64,000 nucleotides of DNA from a bacterium (GTDB lineage: Bacteria; JAMCPX01), in NCBI GenBank assembly GCA_037439545.1, contig JBBIVV010000004.1, forward strand, positions 14,887 through 78,886, in the 5' to 3' direction. Below the pieces are notes generated by a model that saw nothing but the letters and a program-made list of their open reading frames with translations, was not told where the DNA came from and did no database searches. Positions 1 to 9,165 of this stretch are shown here, in pieces (the stretch's first letter is position 1; each line of letters starts with the position of its first letter). The translations under genes and the position numbers were made by a program.

Positions 1-1251
1 GGGACAACTGTGATAAATTCCGGGACCTGTTTCAGGACACCCGCACATGTCCTTGAAGATTGGGCGGAGACATTCGGTGTTGTCGGGGCATCTTCGAGAG
101 ATATGGAGCCATTCTTTGAGCGGGTTGAGAAGGCAATCAATGTTACCACCATAAGCCCCCAGGTACTCGGCAAGAACGGGCTTATCTTCAAGCGAGGGGC
201 TGATGCCCTCGGCTTGAGCAACGGCATGCTGAAACATAATATGATAAACTGCCATGGATGCGGCAGGTGCGCATTCGGCTGCCCGCATGATGCAAAACAG
301 GCAGTGCACCTGAATTTCATCCCCTCTGCCATAAAGCATGGCGCGAGGATATACGCGAATGCAAAAGCAGAAAAAATAATTATCGAATCCGGCAGGGTAA
401 GCTCTGTCGAGGGCAGTATCATCAATGAACAAACAGACAACAGACTGTATCGCATTAAGGTGTCCCCGAAACTGCTCGTCCTGTCGGCAGGCACAATATA
501 CACCCCTTTTATCCTTGAAAAGAACAATATAAAATTATCTTCGGAACTCGGGAAAAACCTCACCATTCACCCTGCGGCACGTATAACAGCCATCTATGAC
601 GAGCTGATAGAAGGCTATAAAGGCATTCCCCAGGGCAATTATGTCGATGCGTATTCAAATGAGGGCATTGTTCTGGAAGGCATTTTTGTTCCTCCTGAAG
701 TAGGTCTTCCCATTATTGGAGCATCCGGTGCTGCGGGGAAAGAGCTTGCCGGCAAGTATAACAATTTTGCGGCATTTGGAGTCATGATATCGGACAATAA
801 TTCATCCGGAAAAGTAAGGGTGGGCGTGGACAACGCACCGTTTATAACGTATAGGCTTCATCCTCTTGATCTAAAAAAACTTATAAAGGGCATTGCCGTT
901 GCGTCTGAGATTTTTTTTGCTGCAGGAGCAAAATCCGTAAATTCCGGTGTGTACGGAATAAAGGAGTTTCGATCGTCCGAAGACATAGCGCAATTATTTA
1001 CGAGACGCCTCAAAACGGCCTCTTTTGAGATGATGGCTTTTCACCCCCTCGGCACAGCGCGTATGGGAGAATTAGCCGGTCATACTGTCGTAGATTCTTT
1101 CGGTAAGGCGCACACTTTGGAGAATCTCTTCATTTCGGACGGAAGCATTTTTCCCACATCACTCGGGGTCAACCCTCAGCTCACGATCATGGCTTTCTCC
1201 ATGAGAAATGCAGAGTACATTATAGACAACAAAAAGAGGTTTTTAACATAG
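1..1251 (+). CDS. GMC-family FAD oxidoreductase, C-terminal part (gene begins upstream of window)
   Basis: Frame is open from base 1. Carries the GMC C-terminal signature (...AFHPLGTARMG...) and substrate-binding region. The N-terminal GxGxxG FAD motif is absent, so the gene is 5'-truncated by the window edge. Confidence 0.7.
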   Translation, partial: GTTVINSGTCFRTPAHVLEDWAETFGVVGASSRDMEPFFERVEKAINVTTISPQVLGKNGLIFKRGADALGLSNGMLKHNMINCHGCGRCAFGCPHDAKQAVHLNFIPSAIKHGARIYANAKAEKIIIESGRVSSVEGSIINEQTDNRLYRIKVSPKLLVLSAGTIYTPFILEKNNIKLSSELGKNLTIHPAARITAIYDELIEGYKGIPQGNYVDAYSNEGIVLEGIFVPPEVGLPIIGASGAAGKELAGKYNNFAAFGVMISDNNSSGKVRVGVDNAPFITYRLHPLDLKKLIKGIAVASEIFFAAGAKSVNSGVYGIKEFRSSEDIAQLFTRRLKTASFEMMAFHPLGTARMGELAGHTVVDSFGKAHTLENLFISDGSIFPTSLGVNPQLTIMAFSMRNAEYIIDNKKRFLT

Positions 1252-1271
1252 ATAACCTGCTCAACACACAA

Positions 1272-2225
1272 TTGTGTAAACTGCTCGGTATCCAATACCC
1301 TGTCCTGCTCGGAGGCATGGTTTATGTATCCTATGCGCCGCTGGTTGCTGCCGTATCGAATGCAGGAGGACTCGGTGTCATTGCGTGCGGCTCTTTTTTG
1401 TCAAAGGACGAACTCAATGAGGAGATAACAAAAACACGCACACTGACGGATAGGCCTTTTGGATTGAACATACCTCTCCTGTATCCGCTTGCACCCGACA
1501 TGATAGATGTCGCCATAAAGACCGGAGCGCATATTGTCATAACCTCTGCGGGCAGCCCGGCAAAATTCACACGGATATTGCATGATGCGGGCATAAAGGT
1601 CGGACACGTCGTACCGTCTGCAAAACATGCAAAAAAGGCGTACGATGCCGGTGTTGATTTTATAATAGCCGAGGGCATCGAAGCAGGGGGACACGACAGT
1701 CCGCTTGAGATTACGACCATGGTCCTTATACCTCAGGTTGCCGATGCAGTAGACGTCCCCGTTGTCGCAGCAGGGGGTATTGCGGATCACCGGGGATTTG
1801 TTGCAGCAAGGGCGCTCGGAGCGCAGGGTATACAGATGGGAACACGGTTTGTTTCAGCAACAGAGGCGCCTGTCCATACGGCTTTCAAACAGGCAATTAT
1901 CGATGCCCGGGATGACTCGACTGTGCTCACGGGCAGAACAATCGGTCAACCGGTAAGGGTGATACGGAACAACCTCGCGGATCAGATCCTGAAACTGGAG
2001 AAGGAAGGCATAAGTGAAATGGAGCTTTTGTCGTATATAGGTCCCGGCAGGAGCAGGGCGGCATCCATCGAAGGTGACATAACAAACGGCTCTATCATGA
2101 GTGGAGAGGTCGCAGGACTTATAAAAGAAATACTGCCGGTAAACGACATCATACAGGGGATCGTCAACGGATCGCAGGACCTCATAAAGGGCCTTTATTC
2201 CCCTGCTCTTCATCGAGGAAAATAG
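1272..2225 (+). CDS. Nitronate monooxygenase family protein / FabK-like enoyl-ACP reductase II
   Basis: 317 aa with a TTG start. Strong colinear similarity to FabK/NMO TIM-barrel proteins: LLGIQYPVLLGGM, AVSNAGGLGVI, AEGIEAGGH, VVAAGGIADHRG, GTRF. Confidence 0.75.
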   Translation: MCKLLGIQYPVLLGGMVYVSYAPLVAAVSNAGGLGVIACGSFLSKDELNEEITKTRTLTDRPFGLNIPLLYPLAPDMIDVAIKTGAHIVITSAGSPAKFTRILHDAGIKVGHVVPSAKHAKKAYDAGVDFIIAEGIEAGGHDSPLEITTMVLIPQVADAVDVPVVAAGGIADHRGFVAARALGAQGIQMGTRFVSATEAPVHTAFKQAIIDARDDSTVLTGRTIGQPVRVIRNNLADQILKLEKEGISEMELLSYIGPGRSRAASIEGDITNGSIMSGEVAGLIKEILPVNDIIQGIVNGSQDLIKGLYSPALHRGK

Positions 2226-2235
2226 GGTTCATTCT

Positions 2236-2439
2236 ATGCCGTATGGTGATAAAAAAAGCTGTCTAACCTGTGCATGGCGCGAAACCTGCCAGAAGCGGTT
2301 CTCTTCAATAGAAGATATGGGATCGCGGTGCCCTGACTATACCTATGATGTCCGGCTTGACAAGCAGATGAGCGGCAATCAGACGCAGGTCCGGCAGGGG
2401 CAGGGCAGCGATGTAAAAAAGAAACCCGATGCTCGATAA
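2236..2439 (+). CDS. Small Cys-containing hypothetical protein (67 aa), translationally coupled to argS
   Basis: ORF with CLTC...C...C pattern. Its last 11 nt overlap the argS start. No family recognised. Confidence 0.3.
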   Translation: MPYGDKKSCLTCAWRETCQKRFSSIEDMGSRCPDYTYDVRLDKQMSGNQTQVRQGQGSDVKKKPDAR

Positions 2440-4066
2440 ACTCATTCAAGTTATAGCTGCGGCTGTAAGGGATTCTACGAATGTTGAAACCTCACAGCCT
2501 TTTCATGTAACCATACCGGTCAATGAAAACCACGGCGATTTTTCAACAGGTATTGCATTCAACCTTGCCGGTGTTTTGAAAGAAGCGCCGCACAGTATTG
2601 CGGAAAAGATTGCAAAAAATATACAGCCGCACACTGACCTTATAAAAGAGATTACCGTCATAAAGCCGGGTTATATAAATTTTGTTATGAGTGATGCATT
2701 CTGGCACGAAGCCCTGAACACAATCATCGAAAGGCAGGCGTATTATGGGAAGAATGATGCGGGGAAGGGGATAAAAGTTTTGATCGAGTTCATCAGTGCC
2801 AATCCGACAGGGCCACTCCACGTAGGACACGGAAGAGGTGCTGTTATCGGCGATGTGCTCGCACGTATCATGACGGCATCCGGATACGAGGTATCAAGAG
2901 AATATTATATTAACGATGCCGGTAATCAGGTACTTTCTCTCGGCTATTCCGTGCTGAGTGAATACAACAAACTGAACAACATGAACCTTCAACTATCCAG
3001 ACAGGGTGAATATACGGGGGATTATATCAGGGCCATAAGCGGTTCACTCGATTCATCGCTACAAAAGGCCGATATTAACGAAGAGCATATCCGGATGATC
3101 ACGGACTCTGCGGTGAACAGCGTGCTCGCATCGATACAGCAGGTACTGGACGGCTTTGGCATCGCATTCGACAAATGGTTCAGCGAAAAAGAATTGTACA
3201 CCGACGGCAGCGTCCCTGCGGTCATTGCCGGACTGGAAAAGAAAAATGCAATTAAATTCGATGAAGGCGCAACATGGTTTTTATCGACACTGTATGGAGA
3301 TGAGAAAGACAGGGTCTTAAAAAAGCAGTCCGGGGAGTTTACCTATTTTGCCTCGGACATCGCCTACCACGTAAACAAGTTCCGGAGGGGCTATGACCTG
3401 TGTATAAACATCTGGGGCGCCGACCATCACGGCTACCTGCCAAGGGTAAAGGCTGCAATCAGGGCGCTCGGCTACGATCCGGACAAACTGATTGTTCTGT
3501 TTGTCCAGATGGTAAGGCTGATGCGGGGAGACAAGCCGGTCGCGATGTCAAAACGTGCCGGCGAGTACGTGACCCTGAAAGAACTGGTCGATGAGGCCGG
3601 TCCTGATGCCGTCAGGTTTTTCTTTTTACAGCGCAGTCACGAAAGCCAGCTTGTATTTGACATAGAGCTTGCAAAAAAGCAGTCCCAGGAAAATCCTGTT
3701 TACTATGTGCAATACGCTCATGCAAGGATTTCAAGTATATTCAATTTTGCCGCAACGAAGGGGTGGGACATAAACAAAATAACGTGCCGGAACGATTATG
3801 CCTTTAATAATCAGGAAAAAAGACTTATAGCCCAATGCCTGCTTTATCCTATGGTTCTCCGGGACAGTGCTGTTAAAATGGAGCCGCACAGGTTAACCTA
3901 TTATCTCGTCGAACTTGTCGGAACACTCCACAGGTATTACACCGATATACGGGTCGTGGGCGAGGATGAAGATACGGGCCAAAGACTTTTGTTGATGAAA
4001 ATGGTAAAAATTGTTTTAAAGAATGCACTGGACATGTTAGGAATAAATGCTCCGGATAAAATGTAG
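2429..4066 (+). CDS. argS: Arginine--tRNA ligase
   Basis: 545 aa with class I HIGH-like motif (PTGPLHVGHGRGAVIGD) and ArgRS anticodon-binding C-terminus. Confidence 0.95.
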   Translation: MLDKLIQVIAAAVRDSTNVETSQPFHVTIPVNENHGDFSTGIAFNLAGVLKEAPHSIAEKIAKNIQPHTDLIKEITVIKPGYINFVMSDAFWHEALNTIIERQAYYGKNDAGKGIKVLIEFISANPTGPLHVGHGRGAVIGDVLARIMTASGYEVSREYYINDAGNQVLSLGYSVLSEYNKLNNMNLQLSRQGEYTGDYIRAISGSLDSSLQKADINEEHIRMITDSAVNSVLASIQQVLDGFGIAFDKWFSEKELYTDGSVPAVIAGLEKKNAIKFDEGATWFLSTLYGDEKDRVLKKQSGEFTYFASDIAYHVNKFRRGYDLCINIWGADHHGYLPRVKAAIRALGYDPDKLIVLFVQMVRLMRGDKPVAMSKRAGEYVTLKELVDEAGPDAVRFFFLQRSHESQLVFDIELAKKQSQENPVYYVQYAHARISSIFNFAATKGWDINKITCRNDYAFNNQEKRLIAQCLLYPMVLRDSAVKMEPHRLTYYLVELVGTLHRYYTDIRVVGEDEDTGQRLLLMKMVKIVLKNALDMLGINAPDKM

Positions 4067-4077
4067 GAGGTAGTTAT

Positions 4078-4770
4078 ATGAGAGATATGGAAAGGATAAA
4101 ACCAAAGTACAATGTAACATTGGACAACAAGCAGATAGTCATGATCGTCGTTTCCTCTGTCGTGATACTCGTACTCGTGTTCGTGATAGGTTTTGTACTC
4201 GGAAAGAATGTTGGTCTGAAAGAGGTCCGGCAAGCCGTTCTTTCTCCGGAACAGATCAAGCCCCAGAATGCCGTTGTTTTTACCCAGCAGACAACAGGAG
4301 GCTCCGGGGAAATTACCGGACAATCGACCGGGCAGGTACCTGCGCAGGAGAATGCCCTGACAGCCACGACACAGGCGGAAGCCGCGGGCACATCCCCCAC
4401 GACCGCTGCCGGGAAGCATGCGGAACTGACATTCTATAAGTCCCTGACACAGGAAGGACAGCAGAAAAAAGAGGTACGAAAAACCCAGACAAAAAAACCC
4501 GTCGTAAAAAAAGCGGTGCACAGGCAAGCAGGCAAGTTCAGCATCCAGTGCGGCGCCTTTAAGGAAAAAAGCGGGGCTGAGAGATTAACATCCGAACTAA
4601 AAAAGAAATATAAACTCAGCGCCTGGATAGCCCCCATAGCAGCGCGGGGCGAAAAACTATACGAAGTAAGAATCGGACATTTTGAGACAAGAAAAAATGC
4701 GCAGATTTACGAGCAAAAACAGCTTGCACCGAAGGGCTTGAGAAACTGTGTTATAACAGTGGCACAGTGA
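4078..4770 (+). CDS. SPOR-domain membrane protein (DedD/FtsN-like)
   Basis: N-terminal TM helix, low-complexity linker, C-terminal SPOR-like domain (FSIQCGAFKEKSGAERL...YEVRIGHFETRKNAQ). Confidence 0.6.
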   Translation: MRDMERIKPKYNVTLDNKQIVMIVVSSVVILVLVFVIGFVLGKNVGLKEVRQAVLSPEQIKPQNAVVFTQQTTGGSGEITGQSTGQVPAQENALTATTQAEAAGTSPTTAAGKHAELTFYKSLTQEGQQKKEVRKTQTKKPVVKKAVHRQAGKFSIQCGAFKEKSGAERLTSELKKKYKLSAWIAPIAARGEKLYEVRIGHFETRKNAQIYEQKQLAPKGLRNCVITVAQ

Positions 4771-4800
4771 TTATTATAAACACCCATAAAAGGAGTTGAA

Positions 4801-6582
4801 ATGGATTTTCTTGGAAGCTTGAAAAGGACATGTTATTGCGGACAGATTGCGGATGAACATCTCGGTAAAGAGGTCGTTCTGATGGGGTGGGTCCACAGAA
4901 GAAGGGACCACGGAGGACTTATATTTGCAGATCTCAGGGACAGGGAAGGCATCGTCCAGATCGTGTTCAATCCCGAAATAGACAAACCGGCTTATGAAAA
5001 AGCAAAACTTATAAAACCCGAGTATGTACTGGCGGTCAAGGGAGTTATTACCAAAAGACCCGGCGGGACCGTGAACAAGGAGATTAAAACAGGGCTCTAT
5101 GAAGTTGAAATAAAAGAACTGCGCATATTAAATGAATCAAAAACCCCGCCATTCCCTGTTGCCCAGGAAAAAGTGGATGTCGATGAGACTGCAAGGCTTC
5201 AGTACCGGTACATCGACTTGAGAAGAGAAAGAATGAGATCAAATTTAATCGTCCGTCACAAAATCACCAATCTCGTGAGGGAATTCCTCAATGCAGAAGG
5301 TTTTATAGATGTAGAAACGCCGATACTTACAAAAAGTACACCCGAGGGCGCACGGGATTTTCTCGTGCCGAGCAGGCTGAATGCGGGTAAATTCTATGCC
5401 CTGCCCCAGTCACCTCAGTTGTTCAAACAATTGCTTATGGTGTCCGGCTTTGATCGGTATTATCAGATTGCACGGTGCTTCAGGGATGAGGACCTCCGGG
5501 CAGACCGGCAGCCGGAATTCACTCAGATAGACATAGAGATGTCTTTCATCCAGATGGAAGACTTGATGGGTATTATGGAGAGGCTGTTCGTTAAAATATT
5601 CAAGACATTCAAAGGCATCGATCCCCATGTGCCGTTTTACAGATTATCGTTCGATGAATCCATGAGGAGATTCGGCAATGATAAGCCGGACATGCGTTTT
5701 GGCATGGAACTCGAGGAATTGAATGATATTTTCAAAAATACCGGTTTCAACGTATTCAAGCAAGTAATTGAAAATAAGGGAATAATCAAGGGGGTAAAAG
5801 CACCCGAGGATTTCTCAAGAAAAGACATCGATGAACTTGAGCTGTTCGTTAAACAGTATCAGGCAAAAGGGCTCGTGTGGCTGAAGATCAAGGACAATTC
5901 CGTATCATCGCCGGTGGATAAATTCCTGTCAGACGAAGAAAAGAAAAACCTTATGAAACAATTTGACATGAAACAGGGTGACACGGCATTCATCGTTGCA
6001 GACACTTCTTCCAAGGTTGTGAACGATGCGATGTCGAACCTCAGACTCCACCTTGGCAGAAAGCTGGGCCTCATAAAGGACGATGACTATAAACTGTTGT
6101 GGGTAACGGACTTTCCTGCTTATGAGTATAATGCGGAAGAAAAACGCTATGAATCCGTCCACCATCCGTTCACCTCACCAAGGGACGAAGACATTACATT
6201 GCTTGAAAAAGAACCCCTCAAGGTCAAATCCAAGGCCTATGATCTCGTATTGAACGGGACAGAGGTCGGCGGAGGCAGTATCCGTATACACAACAGCGCG
6301 CTTCAATCCGGCGTATTCAAATTGCTCAACATATCCGAGGAATCCGCAAGAGCCAAGTTCGGGTTCCTGCTTGACGCACTTCAGTATGGTGCACCGCCGC
6401 ATGGAGGCATTGCATTCGGACTTGACAGGCTGGTCATGATCCTAACGGGATCTGAATCTATAAGGGATGTCATACCGTTTCCAAAAACACAGAAAGGCAC
6501 ATGCCCGCTTACCGACGCGCCATCCGATGTTGATGACCGGCAGTTAAGAGAATTATTCATTAAGAAAAATATTAAGGCATAG
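4801..6582 (+). CDS. aspS: Aspartate--tRNA ligase
   Basis: 593 aa bacterial-type AspRS with OB-fold N-terminus, class II motifs ([33 protein letters not shown]) and the bacterial GAD insertion. Confidence 0.95.
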   Translation: MDFLGSLKRTCYCGQIADEHLGKEVVLMGWVHRRRDHGGLIFADLRDREGIVQIVFNPEIDKPAYEKAKLIKPEYVLAVKGVITKRPGGTVNKEIKTGLYEVEIKELRILNESKTPPFPVAQEKVDVDETARLQYRYIDLRRERMRSNLIVRHKITNLVREFLNAEGFIDVETPILTKSTPEGARDFLVPSRLNAGKFYALPQSPQLFKQLLMVSGFDRYYQIARCFRDEDLRADRQPEFTQIDIEMSFIQMEDLMGIMERLFVKIFKTFKGIDPHVPFYRLSFDESMRRFGNDKPDMRFGMELEELNDIFKNTGFNVFKQVIENKGIIKGVKAPEDFSRKDIDELELFVKQYQAKGLVWLKIKDNSVSSPVDKFLSDEEKKNLMKQFDMKQGDTAFIVADTSSKVVNDAMSNLRLHLGRKLGLIKDDDYKLLWVTDFPAYEYNAEEKRYESVHHPFTSPRDEDITLLEKEPLKVKSKAYDLVLNGTEVGGGSIRIHNSALQSGVFKLLNISEESARAKFGFLLDALQYGAPPHGGIAFGLDRLVMILTGSESIRDVIPFPKTQKGTCPLTDAPSDVDDRQLRELFIKKNIKA

Positions 6583-6590
6583 GAGGACAA

Positions 6591-9104
6591 ATGCCGGCAA
6601 ACACTACATTTAAGCCTGTACCATTCAAGCCCAATCCGGACACGATTTATGACAAGATTGGTATCGTAACGATCGTACTCTCTTTTCTCATTATCCCGGT
6701 TTTAAAGTTCGGGAATGAGTTTATATGGATAAAAACCACCGCCCTTATAGCGGTTACCATGATACTGACATTCCTGTGGTTGATTAGAGCTGTCGACAGG
6801 AGAGAGCTGCTCTTGCCAAAAACTTCATTGTGGCTGCCCATGCTGATCCTCATCGGCGCTACGCTCGTACATGTCGTGCATGTTACCGACATCTGGCGGG
6901 CAGTGGATATGATGATAAGAATCGGATCAAACATATTTTTCTGGTTCTTTATCCTGCTGTTCGTAAGAAAAAAGAGCCATGTGAAGTGGATCATTGTCGC
7001 CATGGCTATCTCTGTATTCATAGTTTCGATGTACGGCATTATGCAGTTCTACGAGATCCTGCCCTGCCCTTATGATATCTACGGCGAGAAAGATCCGTCT
7101 TCGACAATCGGGCTTACCAATTTCTCCGCAGAATGGATGATAAGCTTTATGGGGCTTTTTATATTTGCATTCTTCCTGTCGGATTTTAACATTGAAACAA
7201 AAACAGTGCTTTTCTTCCTTTTTCTTCCCTCTTATTTTTACCTCGTACTCACCAAGGCAAGGGCCGCATGGATGGGCTTTATTATCTCGAACATCGTAAT
7301 ATTTGGATTTCTCTTTTATCAGTGGTTAAAGTCCCGTAATTATAAGATCGCATCATCCGATGCGTCCTCAAAACAGCCGGGCATGACCGAAGGCAAGCCT
7401 GTTTCCGCAGCACGGCGATTCGGCGTCATCGGAACACTCGGTGTGCTGGTAATAACCGGCGGCATCATTTTATCCGTGACGCATTTCGGCAAAAAGAAGC
7501 AGTTTGCATCAATATATTCTACGGTCAAGGACGTCTCAGAGCCTCATACGAATGCGGTAAAGGATATCTACGACATATTAACTTCAAAGCTCATGACAAA
7601 AGACCCCTCCATCAATTTCAGGTTTATGGCATGGCGCAGCACTTTTGATGCATGGGAGCATAATCCCCTATTAGGGGTGGGGATCGGACAGGTGGAGGTC
7701 GACATCCATAAATATCAGGTCCCGGCACTTCAGCAGATCATATCAAAGACCTATCAGGTTTTTTCGGAATCGCATAACGACTGGCTCCAGATACTTGCTG
7801 AGCTCGGCATTGCCGGGTTCATAGGCTTCTTATGGATTATACTGAACATAGCCTACAAGCTTCTTAAGACAGCAAAACGGTACCTCAACAATGAGGACAA
7901 GTTCCTGTTGGCCCTTGCATTTGGTGGAGGAATAATAGCCGTTCTCATAGCAGCGATTTTCAGTTTTCCGCTGCAGGAACCGGCATCGAGCATGTATTTC
8001 TGGGGACTTATTGCACTCACAGATGTCGTATACAGAGGATTTGACGATGACAATCGGGAACTTTCTGCAAAAAAGCAAAAGAGGATTTCATCGCCGGAAA
8101 TGCCCCCTTACCTGCTCGTTATCAATCCTGCTGAAAAAGGGAAGCTTCCTCCTGTATTAAAACAGCTTGTTCTCATACCTCTTCTTGTTTTAAGTGTAAT
8201 ATCGGTATTCTTGCTGCCCATCTATGCGGGGCGTACCGCGGTGGCCGAGAATCATATCAAGGACGGCGTTGCCTATAGAAACAGGAGGGATTTTACGGAT
8301 TCCATCCGTGAATTCAATGATGCTATAAGTTTAAATCCTTTTGAATATATCTACTACTTCCACAGGGCCATAGTCCTGTTTAACACCGGCGAACTGCAGC
8401 AGGCAATATCGGACCTTGATCAGTCTTTGAAACTCAGCCCCTATTTCGGTTTGGCATACAGGCTGCGGGGAGGCGCTTATATGGCATTGAACAACTGCGC
8501 AAAGGCTGCACCTGATTTTGACGAGGCGCTGCATTTCTTGCCGCCGCTTGTAGGGGAGATCGGTAATCAGGCCGTCACATGCGATATACGGTTAAACAGG
8601 CTCGACGATGTCATAAAGATTGCACAGCTCCAATTGAAATACACTCCGGGTGACAAGGACGCTTACTACAACCTTGGAAATGCGATGTTCCTGAAGAATG
8701 ATTATAAAGGTGCAATTGCCAATTATCAAAAGGCTGTGCAGATTGACCCTTCATTCCAGGCAGGCTGGCTCAACATAGCGATGACCTATTATTACCAGAA
8801 AGATTTTAAAACAGGAAACGCAGTTTTTGAAAAGGCAAGGCGTATAAATCCCAAGAACCCTGTGGTATGGTATGATCGTGCAGTGGGACTTGCCCTTCAG
8901 AATGCAAGAAATCAGGCGATGGAAAGCCTTAAAAAGGCCATTTCCATGAAACCGGAACTGAAAATGTCTGCAGTCGAGGAGCCCTCCTTTGCTTTTATGA
9001 GGGACATGCCGGAATTTAAAGAATTGGTCGGCAAAAAGAACATGGAAAAATTCGATGAGATAGAAAAGCTCAAAGATATGATAAAAGGAATGAAGAAGCA
9101 GTAA
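6591..9104 (+). CDS. O-antigen ligase (Wzy_C) family membrane protein with C-terminal TPR repeats
   Basis: About 10 TM helices with the Wzy_C motif region (SESHNDWLQILAELGIAGF), followed by roughly 300 aa of TPR-like repeats. Confidence 0.7.
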   Translation: MPANTTFKPVPFKPNPDTIYDKIGIVTIVLSFLIIPVLKFGNEFIWIKTTALIAVTMILTFLWLIRAVDRRELLLPKTSLWLPMLILIGATLVHVVHVTDIWRAVDMMIRIGSNIFFWFFILLFVRKKSHVKWIIVAMAISVFIVSMYGIMQFYEILPCPYDIYGEKDPSSTIGLTNFSAEWMISFMGLFIFAFFLSDFNIETKTVLFFLFLPSYFYLVLTKARAAWMGFIISNIVIFGFLFYQWLKSRNYKIASSDASSKQPGMTEGKPVSAARRFGVIGTLGVLVITGGIILSVTHFGKKKQFASIYSTVKDVSEPHTNAVKDIYDILTSKLMTKDPSINFRFMAWRSTFDAWEHNPLLGVGIGQVEVDIHKYQVPALQQIISKTYQVFSESHNDWLQILAELGIAGFIGFLWIILNIAYKLLKTAKRYLNNEDKFLLALAFGGGIIAVLIAAIFSFPLQEPASSMYFWGLIALTDVVYRGFDDDNRELSAKKQKRISSPEMPPYLLVINPAEKGKLPPVLKQLVLIPLLVLSVISVFLLPIYAGRTAVAENHIKDGVAYRNRRDFTDSIREFNDAISLNPFEYIYYFHRAIVLFNTGELQQAISDLDQSLKLSPYFGLAYRLRGGAYMALNNCAKAAPDFDEALHFLPPLVGEIGNQAVTCDIRLNRLDDVIKIAQLQLKYTPGDKDAYYNLGNAMFLKNDYKGAIANYQKAVQIDPSFQAGWLNIAMTYYYQKDFKTGNAVFEKARRINPKNPVVWYDRAVGLALQNARNQAMESLKKAISMKPELKMSAVEEPSFAFMRDMPEFKELVGKKNMEKFDEIEKLKDMIKGMKKQ

Positions 9105-9165
9105 CTTTAAAACAGCTTTCCGAACAAGCTTCTGTGTTATATCTCTTCTATGAGACGGGTCAGAC

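Noticed and set aside
9105-9165. Possible terminator hairpin between the O-antigen-ligase-TPR gene and the DH-PPTase gene (acagctt...aagcttctgt)
   Set aside because: The inverted repeat is imperfect and short and no clear T-run follows; not reported as a feature.
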